DNA from: Moniliella sp. 'wahieum'
Taxonomy: Eukaryota
NCBI GenBank assembly: GCA_003971905.1
Contig: RSEE01000085.1
Location: forward strand, 124,001-188,000
Direction of reading: 5' to 3'
Length of the DNA stretch: 64,000 bases
The notes beneath the pieces are model-generated. The model searched no databases, was not told where the DNA came from, and saw nothing but the letters and a program-made list of their open reading frames with translations. Below are positions 11,961 to 24,526 of the stretch, in pieces. The position numbers and the translations under genes were made by a program. How positions within the stretch are numbered: the first letter of the stretch is position 1; each line of letters begins with the position of its first letter.

Positions 11961-13252
11961 TTGAGCCCACCTTATCTCTGTGCAGAAGCGGGACTGCCGA
12001 CCTCGCCTGCCCGCCTGAGCCCAGCCACTCCCCAACCACAACCAGCGCATGGTCGACACCCGAGGCGGTACCTCCACAGACGCCCTCCCAGCCCCCAAAC
12101 CAAACCCCCGCAAAGCCACCCACCATGCCGCAAACACCCAAGCCGCCGCAACACCCGAGCCGCCGCCGCCCCCGAGCCGGCCGCCCACTCGCCGCCCACC
12201 CTCCCACCACCGACGTAGCCACTGAGCTTACCAAGACCAATACGGACACTGTCCGCCGCACCCCCAGTCTCGCCGACACGGACCTGAGCCGAGTCGAGCT
12301 TCTCTTCGCGGTGCATCTCAAGCGCGCACACCCCGAATGGGGCGAAGCCCAGTTGCGCGCCAACCTCCACAGCATTGATTACCTTGACACTTTCGCCGAG
12401 TTCGTTTTGGCACACCGCCTCCCCAACCCGTTGTCCTTGGTGTCCGAGTGGTGCCATGTCACCCCCACGAAGTTCGCAGTCCAAGCATGACCAGCCAGCC
12501 GGAGCAGACCACTGCATCTCCCACCCCCATTTCGGACGAACACAAGCAGTTGGTCAAGACCCTTGCCAAGAGCGGGTGCATCCCTGCATTTGACGCCGAG
12601 AAGGTCAAGTGGATTGATTTCGACATGGACCTGCGGAGCATCCTTGCCGGCTTTGGACTAGAAGACTTGGTCGTGAAGGGACCCAACACGCCGGCTGAGC
12701 GCACACTCGACGCGCGCCTTGCGCACGTCTTGCTGGCTCGGTGTGACGTTGACACCAGATGCTCGGTTGCGTGTGGCACAGCTTCTGGTGTATACAAGAA
12801 TTTACGCACCCAGTTCGGTATGAACAAGCTTCGTGCCCGGAGCGAAGTCACCTCCCGCTTAAAAGCGCTGCGCCCTGCGCCCAGTGAGACGGCGCGGCAG
12901 TATGCCATGCGCATTGATCGGCTCGTGTCCATGGGCAAGCAGGCCGGGGTCGATCTCGAGGCGCTCGCGTGGGTGACCTTAGCAGAAGCCTTCCCGACCG
13001 ATGACAACCGTTCGAGCCTGGCCTAAGAGCAGCGCAAAGGTGCGCTCATGCTGGAGGCCCTGGACAACCTGTGCTACGACGACAAGGTACTCGCACCCGC
13101 ACCGGCAGCCAAGCCCCATAAGCGCAAGCGAGTGCCCAAAGCCAAGGGCTCGGAATACTGCAATTTCCACAACCGGCCGGGACACGCCACAGCTGATTAA
13201 ATTAAGCTGATTGCCGCACCCTTAAAAACCGCCGCGCCAAAGCTGCCGAACA

Positions 13253-13294
13253 TTCTGGAATGCAACCACCATCATCCCTGCTCCCTTTCATAGG
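13253..13294 (+). repeat. Right copy of 42-bp direct repeat
   Basis: TTCTGGAATGCAACCACCATCATCCCTGCTCCCTTTCATAGG, identical to the left copy apart from the insertion. Confidence 0.9.
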
Positions 13295-13295
13295 C

Positions 13296-14107
13296 ATGAC
13301 ACACCCCCCCCCTCCACCTCGCCTGCACTGGCAGAGCAAGTGGTGCTCGTCACCGGTTCCTCTCGCGGTCTGGGACGCGCGATTGCCAAGGCCTTCTTGG
13401 CTCAGGGTGCGACGGTGGTGATCAACTTTGCTCACAACAGTGAAATGGCCTTTGGCTTGTATGAACAGATGCACGAAGCGCATCAAGCGGACGAGGCAGG
13501 TCCGCCTTTGATCCAGCGAGCCGACGTGTCGAAAAAGAACGAGGTGGAGGCACTTTTTGCTCGTGTCCAGCAGCACCTCGGCCGGCCCATCACAACTGTC
13601 GTCAACAATGCTCTGCCCCGCTTTACGTTCAATGGCGACGCTCGCCCTCGCATCGACGAGTTGAAGTGGGACGAGGTGCAATTGCAACTGGACGGAACGG
13701 TGCAGGGGGCACTGAATGTGGTGCAGGCTGCCTTACCGGGCATGCGACAAGCCGGGTACGGACGCATCATCAACATTGGCACCAACCTGCTGCAGAACCC
13801 CGTCGTACCGTACCACGACTATGTCCTGGCCAAGGGCGCGTTGCTTGCTCTGACACGTACCATGGCCAAGGACCTGGGCCCAGACCACATCACCGTCAAC
13901 ATGGTCAGTGGCGGCTTGCTTCGTACTACCGATGCCTCCTCAGCTACCCCCGCAGCTGTGTTTGATGCCATTGCAGCCAGCACGCCCCTGGGCCAGGTGA
14001 CGACGCCAGAGGAAATGGCCGACGCCTGTCTCTTTTTCGCTCACCCCTGGTCTCGGGGCGTGACGGGCCAAAACTTGGTGGTTGACGGTGGTCTGGTAAT
14101 GGATTGA
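13296..14107 (+). CDS. Short-chain dehydrogenase/reductase, FabG-like (resembles the bacterial PRK08642/OarX group), intronless
   Basis: VLVTGSSRGLG, VVNNA, NIGTNLLQNPVVPYHDYVLAK (YxxxK), VNMVSGGLLRTTDAS, VTGQNLVVDGG; ATG 13296 is in frame if one C is added to the C9 run. Confidence 0.9.
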
Positions 14108-14756
14108 AACCACAGGGGCACCCTAACCTAATGGAACAGTGCTTATACCCCTGCAAAGCCACACTACGTTTCGTATGACACAGTCGATGTGGTCGAGGCC
14201 CACACTGTGGCGGTCTCCATCACTTCCGTACCTGGGGCCCCTGAGAAGCCTCACAGTGATTGAGACTGGGCTCAGGCTCACAGGAACTATAGTATTTCTA
14301 CACAAGATAAATACGTCCTGATTGGGGGCGGGAGAATGAGGTTAAGGACGGCGAGGAATAGCGTCTCAGAAGAGAGCGATGCACGTCGATGATCCATGAT
14401 CGATAACGTATGGCTGCCCTGTTGGTGCGTCAGGCAGCCCACAGAAAAGGGTGGCGGCGGTGAAGAGCAGTGGTGTGGATTGGCGGTTGAACCTGAGCTT
14501 GCGGCGATTGGTCTGGTTGGTATTGATATGCGCCACGTTGATGAGGAGATCGATCATGTGGGCGATGCACGATGCATGAAATTTGAACCCCAGCCATTGC
14601 ATAAGCGTCGTTAATCGTCGATGTAACATTTCAAACCCGACGCCTCCTCTTGAACATCGCACCTGCCAGGCGCACCGCTTTCGGCATCTCCACCATCTTG
14701 CAGGTGCTGTCGACGATGGCAGCCAACTCCAAGCCGCGTTTGCCTTGAGCCTCAAC

Positions 14757-15513
14757 ATGCCAGCTGTCCCGATTGCGGCCGACGTTCCGCCTCTGGCGCG
14801 TGAGGAGTATCTCACTGCGCGCAACAAGCTGGCAGCTAGCGTGGCCCGCAAGAAACAGCTGGAAACCGCCTTGTTGGCATTAGAGTGCGAGCTGTGGGAC
14901 GCCGAGGGTGCGTATCTCAGTTCCACCTCGGCTGCTCATGGCGGAACAGGATCTGTGGTGCGCGGGTTCGATGCCTATCTCAAGCCGGCGCCCGTGCATG
15001 CGCATGGACGCCGCGACCGCCGTGTGGGGATCGTACCGTGTCCGGCGGGGACGAGGAAGATCCCGACCTGGTTCAGCGTGTCTTTTCCAATTCTTCTTCT
15101 ACCGCCGAGGCGAGCGTGGCGCAGCGCAAAGCGGATGCCGAGGCAGCGAAAGAGAAAGAAAGGAGGCTCGGTTGGCCGAACGACGCGCCGCCCGTGCCTC
15201 CCTCACTGCCTCTCGAGCTGGCTCGCCGCACGAATCGGTGCGCGAACGATCGGGGACAAAGCTCACCATTTCTCGTGGTTCCCCTCGAGCTGGCAGCCCT
15301 ACCACTTCCGCTCGATCTTCCCCCGCACCTTCGACCTCGACCCCCAAACGGCCTGGCCAACCAGAAGGCGCAACCAACCCCAAGAAGCGTCGCCCCCCTT
15401 CAGCTGCCGCTGGCGAGGAGGGCGCTCCGCCACGCAAAAAGAAGGTCGTGGCCCGCGCTGGAAGCCCGACAAATCCATCTGGGGGCCAAGCGCTGGCTCG
15501 CAGAGGATCATAA
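14757..15513 (+). CDS. EAF6: NuA4 histone acetyltransferase subunit Eaf6
   Basis: RKKQLETALLALECELWDAEGAYLSST..GSVVRGFDAYLK; RVFSNSSST in the shifted frame. Confidence 0.85.
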
Positions 15514-15786
15514 TTCGCCTCGTCTTCCTTTTGCAACCTCAGGGTGCCAAGCAGACTGCTGTGTAGAATGTACTGTACACTATATTTCGTTTTGTCGCAG
15601 GCCAAGGGGCTCCCTCGCTGCTATGTAGTTTGTTGCCTGACAGCTTATATGGACTTGAAGAGGTGTGGACAAAAATGAGAGGAAAGACGGTACAATGTAT
15701 GTTCACGACTTTTGACGGATAATGGGCTTGAATACATGCGGTTTCCTTGAGGAGGGATCGAGAATTAGGGAGGGTTATGGTTAGGG

Positions 15787-17079
15787 TCAAGGAAAAATAA
15801 CGAGGCTGGGGTTTGGGGGTACAAGGAAGGGGAGGGGCTCTATTAAGCCGCCAACGGCGCTGCCGAGGGCATAGGCAAGTTGGTTTCGGCCATGGCCTTG
15901 GTGGGGGGAGTGCCAATGCATGTATCCTCGGAAGGAACGGGGACGCATTGGTAGAGCGTTGATGATCGCGAGCTTGGGCCACGTCAAACGTCTCGCCGGC
16001 CCGCTTCTCGGCGTCCGCATGCCAGTTGCGCTGAATAAGGAACTGGGGCACGCCATAGTACTGCCAGGTGGTCCAGCGGAAGAGGGTAGACACATCCCGC
16101 TCGTAAATCTTCTCAAAGTCTTGCCGCATCTCATGGCGCGCTGGAACAGGTCTGTGTTGTCGGTCAAGACGGCTTTGACGCCCCACCGAGTCGCCTCGAC
16201 CATCTCGTCGGGCCGGTTGACCGTCCAAACATACACGTCCTTCCCTTCGGCCTGAGCGTCGCGAAGGAAACGTTGGCCCTCCGCACCGACGAGCGAGGCA
16301 AAAGACATGCTAAAGCCGTCACATCCTTCCCAGAAGTACTTGCGCGCTTTGGAAGGGCTGCCACCAATGTGGATGCGGCGCAGGGTGGGGACGTGCTCAA
16401 TGGCAGCTGCAATGAACTTGGGGTGCCACAGACCCAACACCAACCGAGGTGCCAGCTCCGTCTCATACCCTTCATGCTGGCTCACCACGCCCTTCATCAG
16501 ACGAAAGAGCCGGTCCGGTTGGTTGTCGGGCTTGACATCAATGTTGGCCTTGACGTGCCGGTTTTCGGGGAGCATGAGAAAATTGCACAGCTCATTGAAC
16601 GTGGGAATCTTTTGTACCGGTTCCTCCACCGTGCGCACTTGGTCAATGCCGTCGACATAGTTTTGCGCCGAGATTTTGCCCGACCCGTTCGTCGTGCGGC
16701 CAAGGACCGAGTCGTGGAACATGACAATCACATCGTCCTTGGTAATGTGCACATCCGTCTCGATCCCATCCGCACCATCCCGCACAGCGGCATCAAACGA
16801 AGCCATGGTGTTTTCGGGGAAGGCACCCGAGGCACCGCGGTGGCCCCAGCACTCGGGCAACGCGGTAGGCCTGGACAGCGTGGTGGTGCCCACCGTGAGC
16901 AGACTGTCGGAGGCAGCATGGCGCAAGACCGAGGGTCGGGCCGACAGGTTGGAAGAGGCGCTTGTTGGGGGGGCGGCCATGGCGAACAAGAGGGGTGCGG
17001 GAGAAGGGGAAAGGTGGTGGGCAGAACGAGCGGGTAGGAGTGGCCAGTGCGGGCGCTTAAGAAGGCGCGGTGGCGGCAT
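15787..17079 (-). CDS. PGC1: Glycerophosphodiester phosphodiesterase, Pgc1-like phospholipase C; 3' end approximate
   Basis: CWGHRGASGAFPENT, DGIETDVHITKDDVIVMFHD, NIDVK, RLVLGLWHPKF, VYVWTVN, VLTD. Confidence 0.85.
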   Translation of the reverse strand: MPPPRLLKRPHWPLLPARSAHHLSPSPAPLLFAMAAPPTSASSNLSARPSVLRHAASDSLLTVGTTTLSRPTALPECWGHRGASGAFPENTMASFDAAVRDGADGIETDVHITKDDVIVMFHDSVLGRTTNGSGKISAQNYVDGIDQVRTVEEPVQKIPTFNELCNFLMLPENRHVKANIDVKPDNQPDRLFRLMKGVVSQHEGYETELAPRLVLGLWHPKFIAAAIEHVPTLRRIHIGGSPSKARKYFWEGCDGFSMSFASLVGAEGQRFLRDAQAEGKDVYVWTVNRPDEMVEATRWGVKAVLTDNTDLFQRAMRCGKTLRRFTSGMCLPSSAGPPGSTMACPSSLFSATGMRTPRSGPARRLTWPKLAIINALPMRPRSFRGYMHWHSPHQGHGRNQLAYALGSAVGGLIEPLPFLVPPNPSLVIFP

Positions 17080-18879
17080 GGCCAACGCGAAGGAGAGCAG
17101 AGCCCGGCTGGGATGGTGCACGGGCAAGATGCAGAAAAATTGCGGGGGCAGCAGGTGGCGAGTGTGGGGTGCGAGCGATTGTGCCTGTGACCGGCACTGA
17201 CAAACTGAGTCCGGCTGGGTGGGTACTAGTGCGTGGGTCGGACTGGATGGATACACGCCGGCAACTGCCACCTCGAGGAGCACCGCGGGAGTGCGAGCGC
17301 GGGAGCGGCGTCGTTCAGTGACGCGTGAGGAGCGCTGAGCGTGAGCCAGCAGGAGAAGAGCCGGGACGGGAAGAGCACGAGGGAGGGTGGGCGCAGGCGG
17401 GGCAGGCCAGTGCACTGCGAAGCTCGAAGAGAGGTGCGCAAGGTGTGGTTACGGATGATGTCGATGATGCGGATGCGAAGCACGAGAAGGTTAGGGTGAT
17501 TAATGATTGCGCGTGACGTGATGTGTGACGCGTGAGTGCCGTCTGGGAGCGGTGGCCGATGCCCGGTGGTGGCTTGGATGGTCGATGATCAATCTGATCG
17601 GTGATCGGTGATCAGCAAAATTTGAAAGGGGCAATGCGCACGTGTGGGGTGTGGCACGGGGATTTTTTTGTTTGCCGTTTGGTTAAAATGCATCACACAT
17701 TGCACATCACACATCACTTAACGCACAGTGCATAGCATGCCTCACACCATCGATCATCGATCATCGGTCATCCTTCTGTTCTCCCACTATCCACCTCCCA
17801 CGTCCACCGTCCCATGGTGCATGCTTTCCAGCTAGGAAGGCAAGATGGCCGATCGACGATCTGGGAGTTGCAGCGGACACCACACTCACTGGCCCTGCGC
17901 CGTCGCCGGGGGCCGCGGCCCCTTTCAAAATTCCACCGACAAGCATCATGCATCATGCATCATGCATCATGCCCACTAGCACAGCCCGGTTGAGTCAGCT
18001 GGGTGTACATGGTACACGCTGCACCCGCTGCCCCTCGGCCATTTGTGTCGCCGCGGGCGTAGTCCTAGTCACGTGTCCCATGTCACATGTCACAGGTCCC
18101 ACTCGAAGTGCAAGCGCCCTGGGGAATACCCGACGCTAGCTTACCCGGTGGTACTGGCCGCTGGACATCGGGACCCCGCCATTCTTCCCCCTGGCTTGTT
18201 CAACATTTCAGCCTGGCCAGCTTCAACCTTCAACTCAACTTGAAGCTCCCAGATGCTTCGCCTTCGATAGCCAATACAGTCCAATACACAACCACCGTTC
18301 TCCTTCCCAGCCTTGGCCCTTGTTGGGGTGCAGAATCCACAACTCGGTAGAGTCAGCTGCACCACCGATCATCACCTGGCCGCATGCTGAGGACGCACAC
18401 CGCATCCCCTCATCCTCTGTACAGCGCTGGACCTGGCCCACGTGACCACGTCGGTCTGGTTGTGGAATGCACGATGCTTACACCGCGCGAGAGAGCTTTT
18501 AATTGCAGGACAGCTCTCTCTTCCTTATCACCATGTCAGCTGCCCCCCACCCTCTCCCCCCCAGCAACCCCTCCCTCTCCACCGATCCAGCAGCGAACAA
18601 GGATCTGCGTAATCCTCCGAGGCGAGAGTAATAAACGCATGTTGGGTGAAGGGTGTGTTGCGCGAACAGGGGTCCCCGCACACAGTAGGTCAGCAATCCA
18701 CCATCACGCACGCGCGCCGACAAAACATGCACCCGCTCATCCGACTCTCCCTGACCCACTACTACAGATCGGCGTCTACCTCGTGTGCCAGTGCAACGAC
18801 GAAAGCATGACGCGTCCTTCGAGACAGGACATCAGACAGAGGAGGCGCCACTGGCACAAACGACCACTGTGCCTATATC

Positions 18880-20761
18880 CTAACAGACTAGGGCACACGA
18901 ACATGCACACCGCCAAAGCCGGCAGCTAGAAAAATGGCCTTCCCTTGTTGGCGACCTTGATTCGCTTGAAAGCTTGCCATCATGCATCATCATGTCATAT
19001 CGCGCATCAGGTTGCGGCGGCGCGCCGCGCCAGCACCTGGGAAGGAAGCAGCGGAGGAGCCCTGGCGCGCCCTGGTTCGCCTGCCATCGGATCCGAGTTG
19101 GCCCACGGCGTCGTAGCCAGCTGGGTGGCCTGGTGAACCGGACGTACTTCCAACCCCTCGGAACCACGCCGCGTTCGTACATGGCCCATGGCTGGAGAAG
19201 GAGGGTGCGGGATGCCGTTGCGAGGTAGGGTACCTTGGGCGCGCCAGGTCGAGCCGTTCGCCTGGGCCGGTGCCGACGCTGGACCGATCGAGGTGGTGGG
19301 CTTGCGACGACGGAGAGAAACGCCCCCCTGTGCAGCTGCGCAAGGGGGACATCCTCATCGGCATCGCTGCTATCGGACGTGAGGCCATTTTCGGCCGATG
19401 GGGGCAACGCACCGGAGCGCACAGGCCGGGATGGGGGTACGTTTCCAGCTTGTGCTTCTCGTGCCAAGTGTTCGCGGCGATACTGTCGCTCCATCACGCG
19501 CAGAGGATCGCGCGGGGGCCAACGGTATTGCGCGAGAGGATCCAAGGCAGTAGGGTAGGACCATCCCGACTGGGTTGCCGCAGCGGCCAACGTAGCTTGT
19601 TCCTGGGTATGGGGCAAAACAGCACGCAAGACATGTGGTACATGGCGTGGGGGGGGGCGGGGTGGGCATGGCAGCTGGGTAGGTGGTCAAGGTAGGCAAG
19701 AACCAGAGCCATGGGCGAGAGCCGAGGGTGACGAGCAGATTGGTGACAATGCCCAGCGAGAAAGGGTACTGTGCGTCGGCGCTGGGGATGCGCCCCCGGC
19801 GCGCCATGGTGGCCGCCCGACCGGTCTCGGCCGACTCAATCGAGGTTTGATTGACCATGGTGAGGTAAAGCATGTACAACGAAAACCCTCCCACCAGGAG
19901 AAGGACCAAGGAGGAAACGGCCATGTTGGTAAAATGACCCCCATGACAAAGGAGGTGGCCAGCGAATGCGCCACGCGTCAAGTGCCACCTTGGTCAATAA
20001 ATACAGATCCCACAACAGACATACGTCCACCGCCACCAGGACCGGAGAAAATCGCCGTAATTGCGTGCACCAACACAATTGCCCAGCCAAGGGCAGTGGT
20101 GATCCATCCGCGCAATGCACACCCCGCACACACGACAGTGATGCGCACGCGGAGGCTGGAACCAGCGACAGCGCGTGCACCACCTTGCCCCGCCTTCTCG
20201 TAATAGGCGGTAGAGCTGACGACGCTGGGCCAGGGCACTCGAATGGGGCAAAGGGTGGGAAGCGGAGCTGTCCCCGTTGGACGTGTCCGACTCCTCGCCT
20301 GGGTCAACACTAGTCTCGGCGGGGGGAGACATTTGATCTGTGCTCGGCAGCGCGTTGAGGGCGGAGACCACCTCGGGGAAGGCAGTCACCGGAGGCGTCC
20401 ATCCACGCGCATCGATTCGCCCGGATCGCTCAGGACACAGCTGAGGTAGCTGGCATACAGCGCGACAATGCTGATGGTGAGGGGACCGATGGAATGCACT
20501 AGGGCACGACGTAGGGGGTAAAGACCCTGTCGATGGGCAGTGTAAAAGTAGTGAACGACGAGGGCTTCGAGGCTCCCGCAGAGAGAGCTGATGAGGAGCA
20601 GGACGCCTCCGACCCAAATGCGCTGCGTAAAGGTCAGAGGGCGACGGCGGCCCACAAATGGCCCAGAAGCGCGGCGGGGGGATGAGAACTGGGAAATGCA
20701 TAGGAGGGGGCCAAAAGGCACTCCGCACCAGGGACGTCGAGGCTAGCGTCGGAGCATCCAT
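18880..20761 (-). CDS. DHHC palmitoyltransferase (Pfa4-like); boundaries approximate
   Basis: [45 protein letters not shown] segments; NQTSIES (TTxE-like); [22 protein letters not shown]. Confidence 0.85.
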
Positions 20762-21376
20762 CGTCAGTGGAGCTGTCACTCCCAGAGCCCGGGGGATGGC
20801 CGTCGGGGTCCAATCCCCAGGCATCCATAGCGAGCAGAAGGTGGTCGGAGCCCCCAAGCCGTGGCCGCCCCACTCTGGCCCTCTGGCCACTGCCACGCCG
20901 GCATTGGCACCTGAACATTTCAGTCCGCAGCAGTCCCTCGCGAGCAGCATCCTCGCGAGTAGCCTCCTCGCTCGGACCAAAGGATCACCTACATCTGGGA
21001 TCATGCAGTAGTACTATCTGTCGTGGGTCTCTTTTCTCAACCTCGAGATCATCGTCTGGACAATGCACACCAGCATACCTTTCGATGATAAACGGACTCG
21101 GTCTTCCCGCTTGCAGCAACACGACAGAACAGAACATATATATGAGCCCACAGCCAGACGCATGATGAGCTCTGGGGCCTGGGGGGGGAGGGGGGGCGAG
21201 AGAGGAGTAATAAATGTTTCGTAAAGTGAGCAAGCACGGCAAGCAGAGCAAGCAGAGCGAGCAAGGCATGGGGGGCTACAAAAAGTAGAAGAGAGATAGA
21301 AAAAGGAGAAAAGTAGAAAACGCAAGTGAACTGTGGAGCGCAATGAAACAGGGCCGTTGCTGGACCGACCCTCGCC

Positions 21377-23986
21377 TCACTGTTCAACAGAGGAAGAACA
21401 GAGAGCGGAGGGGGACCGTTTGATGAGACGATGATCACCGCGATGGAGGAGAGAAGTGTGGTGAGTTGGGAAGAGACTTACTGCTGGGGTCGAGCGGCGA
21501 CGACAGCAGTTAGTAGAACACACCCAAAATCCGATAGCGGCCGGCAAGGCTAAATCTCTGGGAAGAATGCCCATCAGGAGGCCATCGTCGTTGCTCACCT
21601 TGCGCCCGGGCCGACGGGAGCGACGTGGCTGGCGACGCTTGCGGTGACGGTGCAACTGCTCTTCTTCTTCTTCGTCATCGTCTTCCGACTCGGACTCGGA
21701 TTCGGAAGCGAAACGGGGATCCTGCGCAGGCTCGGTCGCAAATCGCTTGTACCGACGTGAACGTGTACCGGTGCTGTCCACACTGGGGGTTCGATTCCGA
21801 GCGCCGACTGAAGCTGGGGAAAGGGAGCGGGCAGGGCCAGTGGAGGAAGGAGACCGGGCCTCGTCTTCTTCTGCCACAGCGGTGAGAGCTGCCTCCTTGG
21901 AGAGTGTGTCGCGTCTCCGGGCGCGTGCGGCATGGCTGTGGCCAAGTATGATTCCCAGGAAGCTCCCCCCTGAGTAGGAGCATCACCCGCCCCGCCCCAA
22001 TCTTCCGAGCGATCCGCACAGCCTCTTGCAAGTCCTCATCGGACATGATCACGACCACATCCTTTTCATCATCTTCGTAGGCAATGGTAAAGTCGGCTGG
22101 ATCCGGCACCTCGCCCTTGCCCCATCATCCTCACCACCGACGGGATGGCAAAACTCATCCGCCTTGAGTTTTTGCACAATCGCCTTGCGCAACGAACCCA
22201 AGTCATTAACCGGCGCAGCAAACCAGTGCGTGCGTCGACTCGGCGTGGTAAACTTGAATTGAAACGTCTCAACCGAGTTGGTAGACATGGGTGCGAATCC
22301 TGCCGCTTGCGTCACCGCCGCAATGGGGTCCAACGTTGCTCCGCCGGTCCAGCCTTGTGCCCCCTTGGTCCCAGGGGCGTCGAAGGTTTCGCGTCGAGAT
22401 CCTGCAGAGCTCGCGCTGTCTCCCGGGAACAGATCCGTGCTAAGATTGGTTCCTGACGTACCCACTGGGAGAGAAGCACCTGCTAGAGCCACACCAGAGG
22501 AGGACCGGGGCCCGCTGCCAGCAGCCTGCATGGAGCGGGAAGCGGATCCGCCGCTGGTGCGACTGATGGGGCGAGGGATGCGGCTTGGGATTGCATCGCC
22601 CGACCGGCTAGGAGTTCCTCGTTGAGAAAGAGAATTGCTGATCCCAGAGGCTGACATGCTCCTGATCTCGTCGGCGTCGTCCGCTTCGTCGCCGATGTAA
22701 GAGCCGGTATGGGCAAACGAGTTCCAGAACCGGTTCCACATCGGCCCAGCTGCGTCTCCATCCGCCGAGAGAGCCATGCTGTCATCACCATCAACGAGAC
22801 GTCTTCGTTCATACTGTTGATCTGCTCGAGCGTCTTCCAAGTCAGACGGAGCACGTCGACCACACCTGGCCGTCTTCCACAACAGGCAGGTTCAGGTAGT
22901 GACCGTCGTGCATCTTGCGCAGGGCCTCCTGGATGGAGAGTTCGGGCAGCGCCGTGTCGGGATGGGGAGTCATGACCCTGACCACACTGCACGTCCGTGG
23001 GTCCAGGCCTGCGGCAATCACACGCAAAACCACATCTTTCGAGGTAAGATGCCGGCGATTTTGGCCGACGTGGCACCATGGCTTTGGTAGTTATTGTTGG
23101 TGTCCATCACGCAGACTGCCGTGACGCGGTGCTGCTTCATCAACCGCGCTGCATCACGCACTGTGGTGCGTACACTGACCGTCGTGGGAGTGGTCCGACT
23201 GTCGAGGACGGAAGCCAAATCGGGCAGAGCCAAGCGTTCGCGCAAGGCTCCAATGTACTCGATCAGCTGAGCCTGTTGAGACGAAGGTGCGTTCCACTCG
23301 GTCTGCATACCCTCCAGGGCAGCATAGAGCTTTTGGGAGGAAGTATGGGCCCGCTCAGCTTGGTAAGCGCCCCGTAAAAGACACGCGCAATGTCCAGGAG
23401 GCCCACCACGTCCCCTTCCTCGTTGCACACGGGCAGATGGCGAAAGCCGCGGGTAACCATAATTGAGCGCTTCGGTGGCACTGGTTGTGTCACGGGTAAC
23501 CACGGGGCTGCGCGACATGATGGCACTGACAGGGGTCATGCGCGGGTCCCATCCGGCGGCTACGACGCGAAAGGCCAGGTCCTTGGCGGTAAAGATACCG
23601 GCCAAGTGCTCATCATCGTCGACGACGAGAACACAGTCCGTCCGCTTGGCTGCGCACAACTGGCTGGCATCGGCCACACTGATGCTCTGGGGCACAGTGA
23701 GCGCAGGCAACGGACGAAGGTTTTGGACCGTGCCGACCTGCGCACGGCCGTCGGCGGCAGCCTGGGCAGCTCCCAACGCCGAAGAGCCACGGCGACGAGA
23801 GGAGCGCCGGTGGTGGTGGTGGTGGGGCGAGCCACGGCCGGGGGTGGGGCTGGGGGTGTCGGAGGCGGCGCGCTTGCGGAGCAGGTCGGCTTCGACACGA
23901 CGGATGGCCTCGTCGCGGCGGCTGGTCTTGGAGCGCGGGTCGGCGGCGTCGGACACGGCAGCACGGCCGCTGAGCGAGGAAGACAT
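21377..23986 (-). CDS. CBS-CBS-PB1 domain protein (Mug70/CBSCBSPB-like) with C-terminal hydrophobic segment
   Basis: SISVADASQLCAAKRTDCVLVVDDDEHLAGIFTAKDLAFRVVA, MVTRGFRHLPVC, MHDGHYLNLPVVE, PMWNRFW; PB1 FQFKFTTPSRRTH..IAYEDDEKDVVVIMSDEDL. Confidence 0.9.
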
Positions 23987-24526
23987 GGGGTGGTGGAGGG
24001 GAAGAAAGAGCGGCGCCGTGACATGTCATCTGAGACGAGAGAACCAGAACCCCCTTGCTCGGCGGCCTCTCGGCGGCGGCCGGAGCCACTAGCCAGGGGG
24101 ATGAGTATGAGTCGATGCCTGAGCAACGCACCACGTCCTGGCCCTGGACGGCGCCACTTGGTGTCGGCCAGCAGAAAGTGGGCCGGTTGTCGAGGCCCGC
24201 CGCAGGGGCAGTGTCCGCGCCGCCCGGCGGGCCCCCACCCCGCTCTGCGACAATCGACAATCCCAACATTTCAACTCGGGTCACGTGCACCCAGCGGGGC
24301 CGCCTGCTCCCGGCACGCCCTCGGCCTCGTCCCGGTCCCGATCCTGGGCCCTGCCTCGACGGCCATCATTAGCATTGCGCGTCGCCAGCGTCAGCTTGGC
24401 CTTGCCCCCCCCCCACCTCCACTCCACCGCCCACCGCCCCCTGCACGCCAGCCCAACCCTCACCACGCGGGAGAGCGGTGGAGCTACACGCCCAGTTCCA
24501 TCCAGCCGGCGTTTCTCTGCCGCCAC

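Larger units (their letters stand above)
11906..13294 (+). mobile_element. Internally deleted Ty1/copia-like LTR retrotransposon relic (gag only, no pol)
   Basis: Terminal 42-bp direct repeats; PBS-like GGTTGAGCCC at 11959-11968; gag-like frames from MVDTRGG (12049) through a UBN2/Retrotran_gag_2-like region (WIDFDMDLRSILAGFGLEDLV...ETARQYAMRIDRL) to zinc knuckle CNFHNRPGHATAD(C). Confidence 0.7.

Noticed and set aside
11790..13296. TPP riboswitch upstream of the OarX-like SDR
   Set aside because: No CTGAGA ... GATAAT..CAGCG aptamer core seen in the right order
14110..14570. Short ORFs between the SDR and EAF6
   Set aside because: No recognisable motif or consistent gene structure
14120..15790. 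Telomere-like hexamers (CCCTAACCTAA about 14121; TTAGGG about 15765-15787)
   Set aside because: Only one or two imperfect units; expected by chance
17749..17971. Short tandem 7-mers as a CRISPR-like array
   Set aside because: No unique spacers, units too short, eukaryotic context, no cas genes
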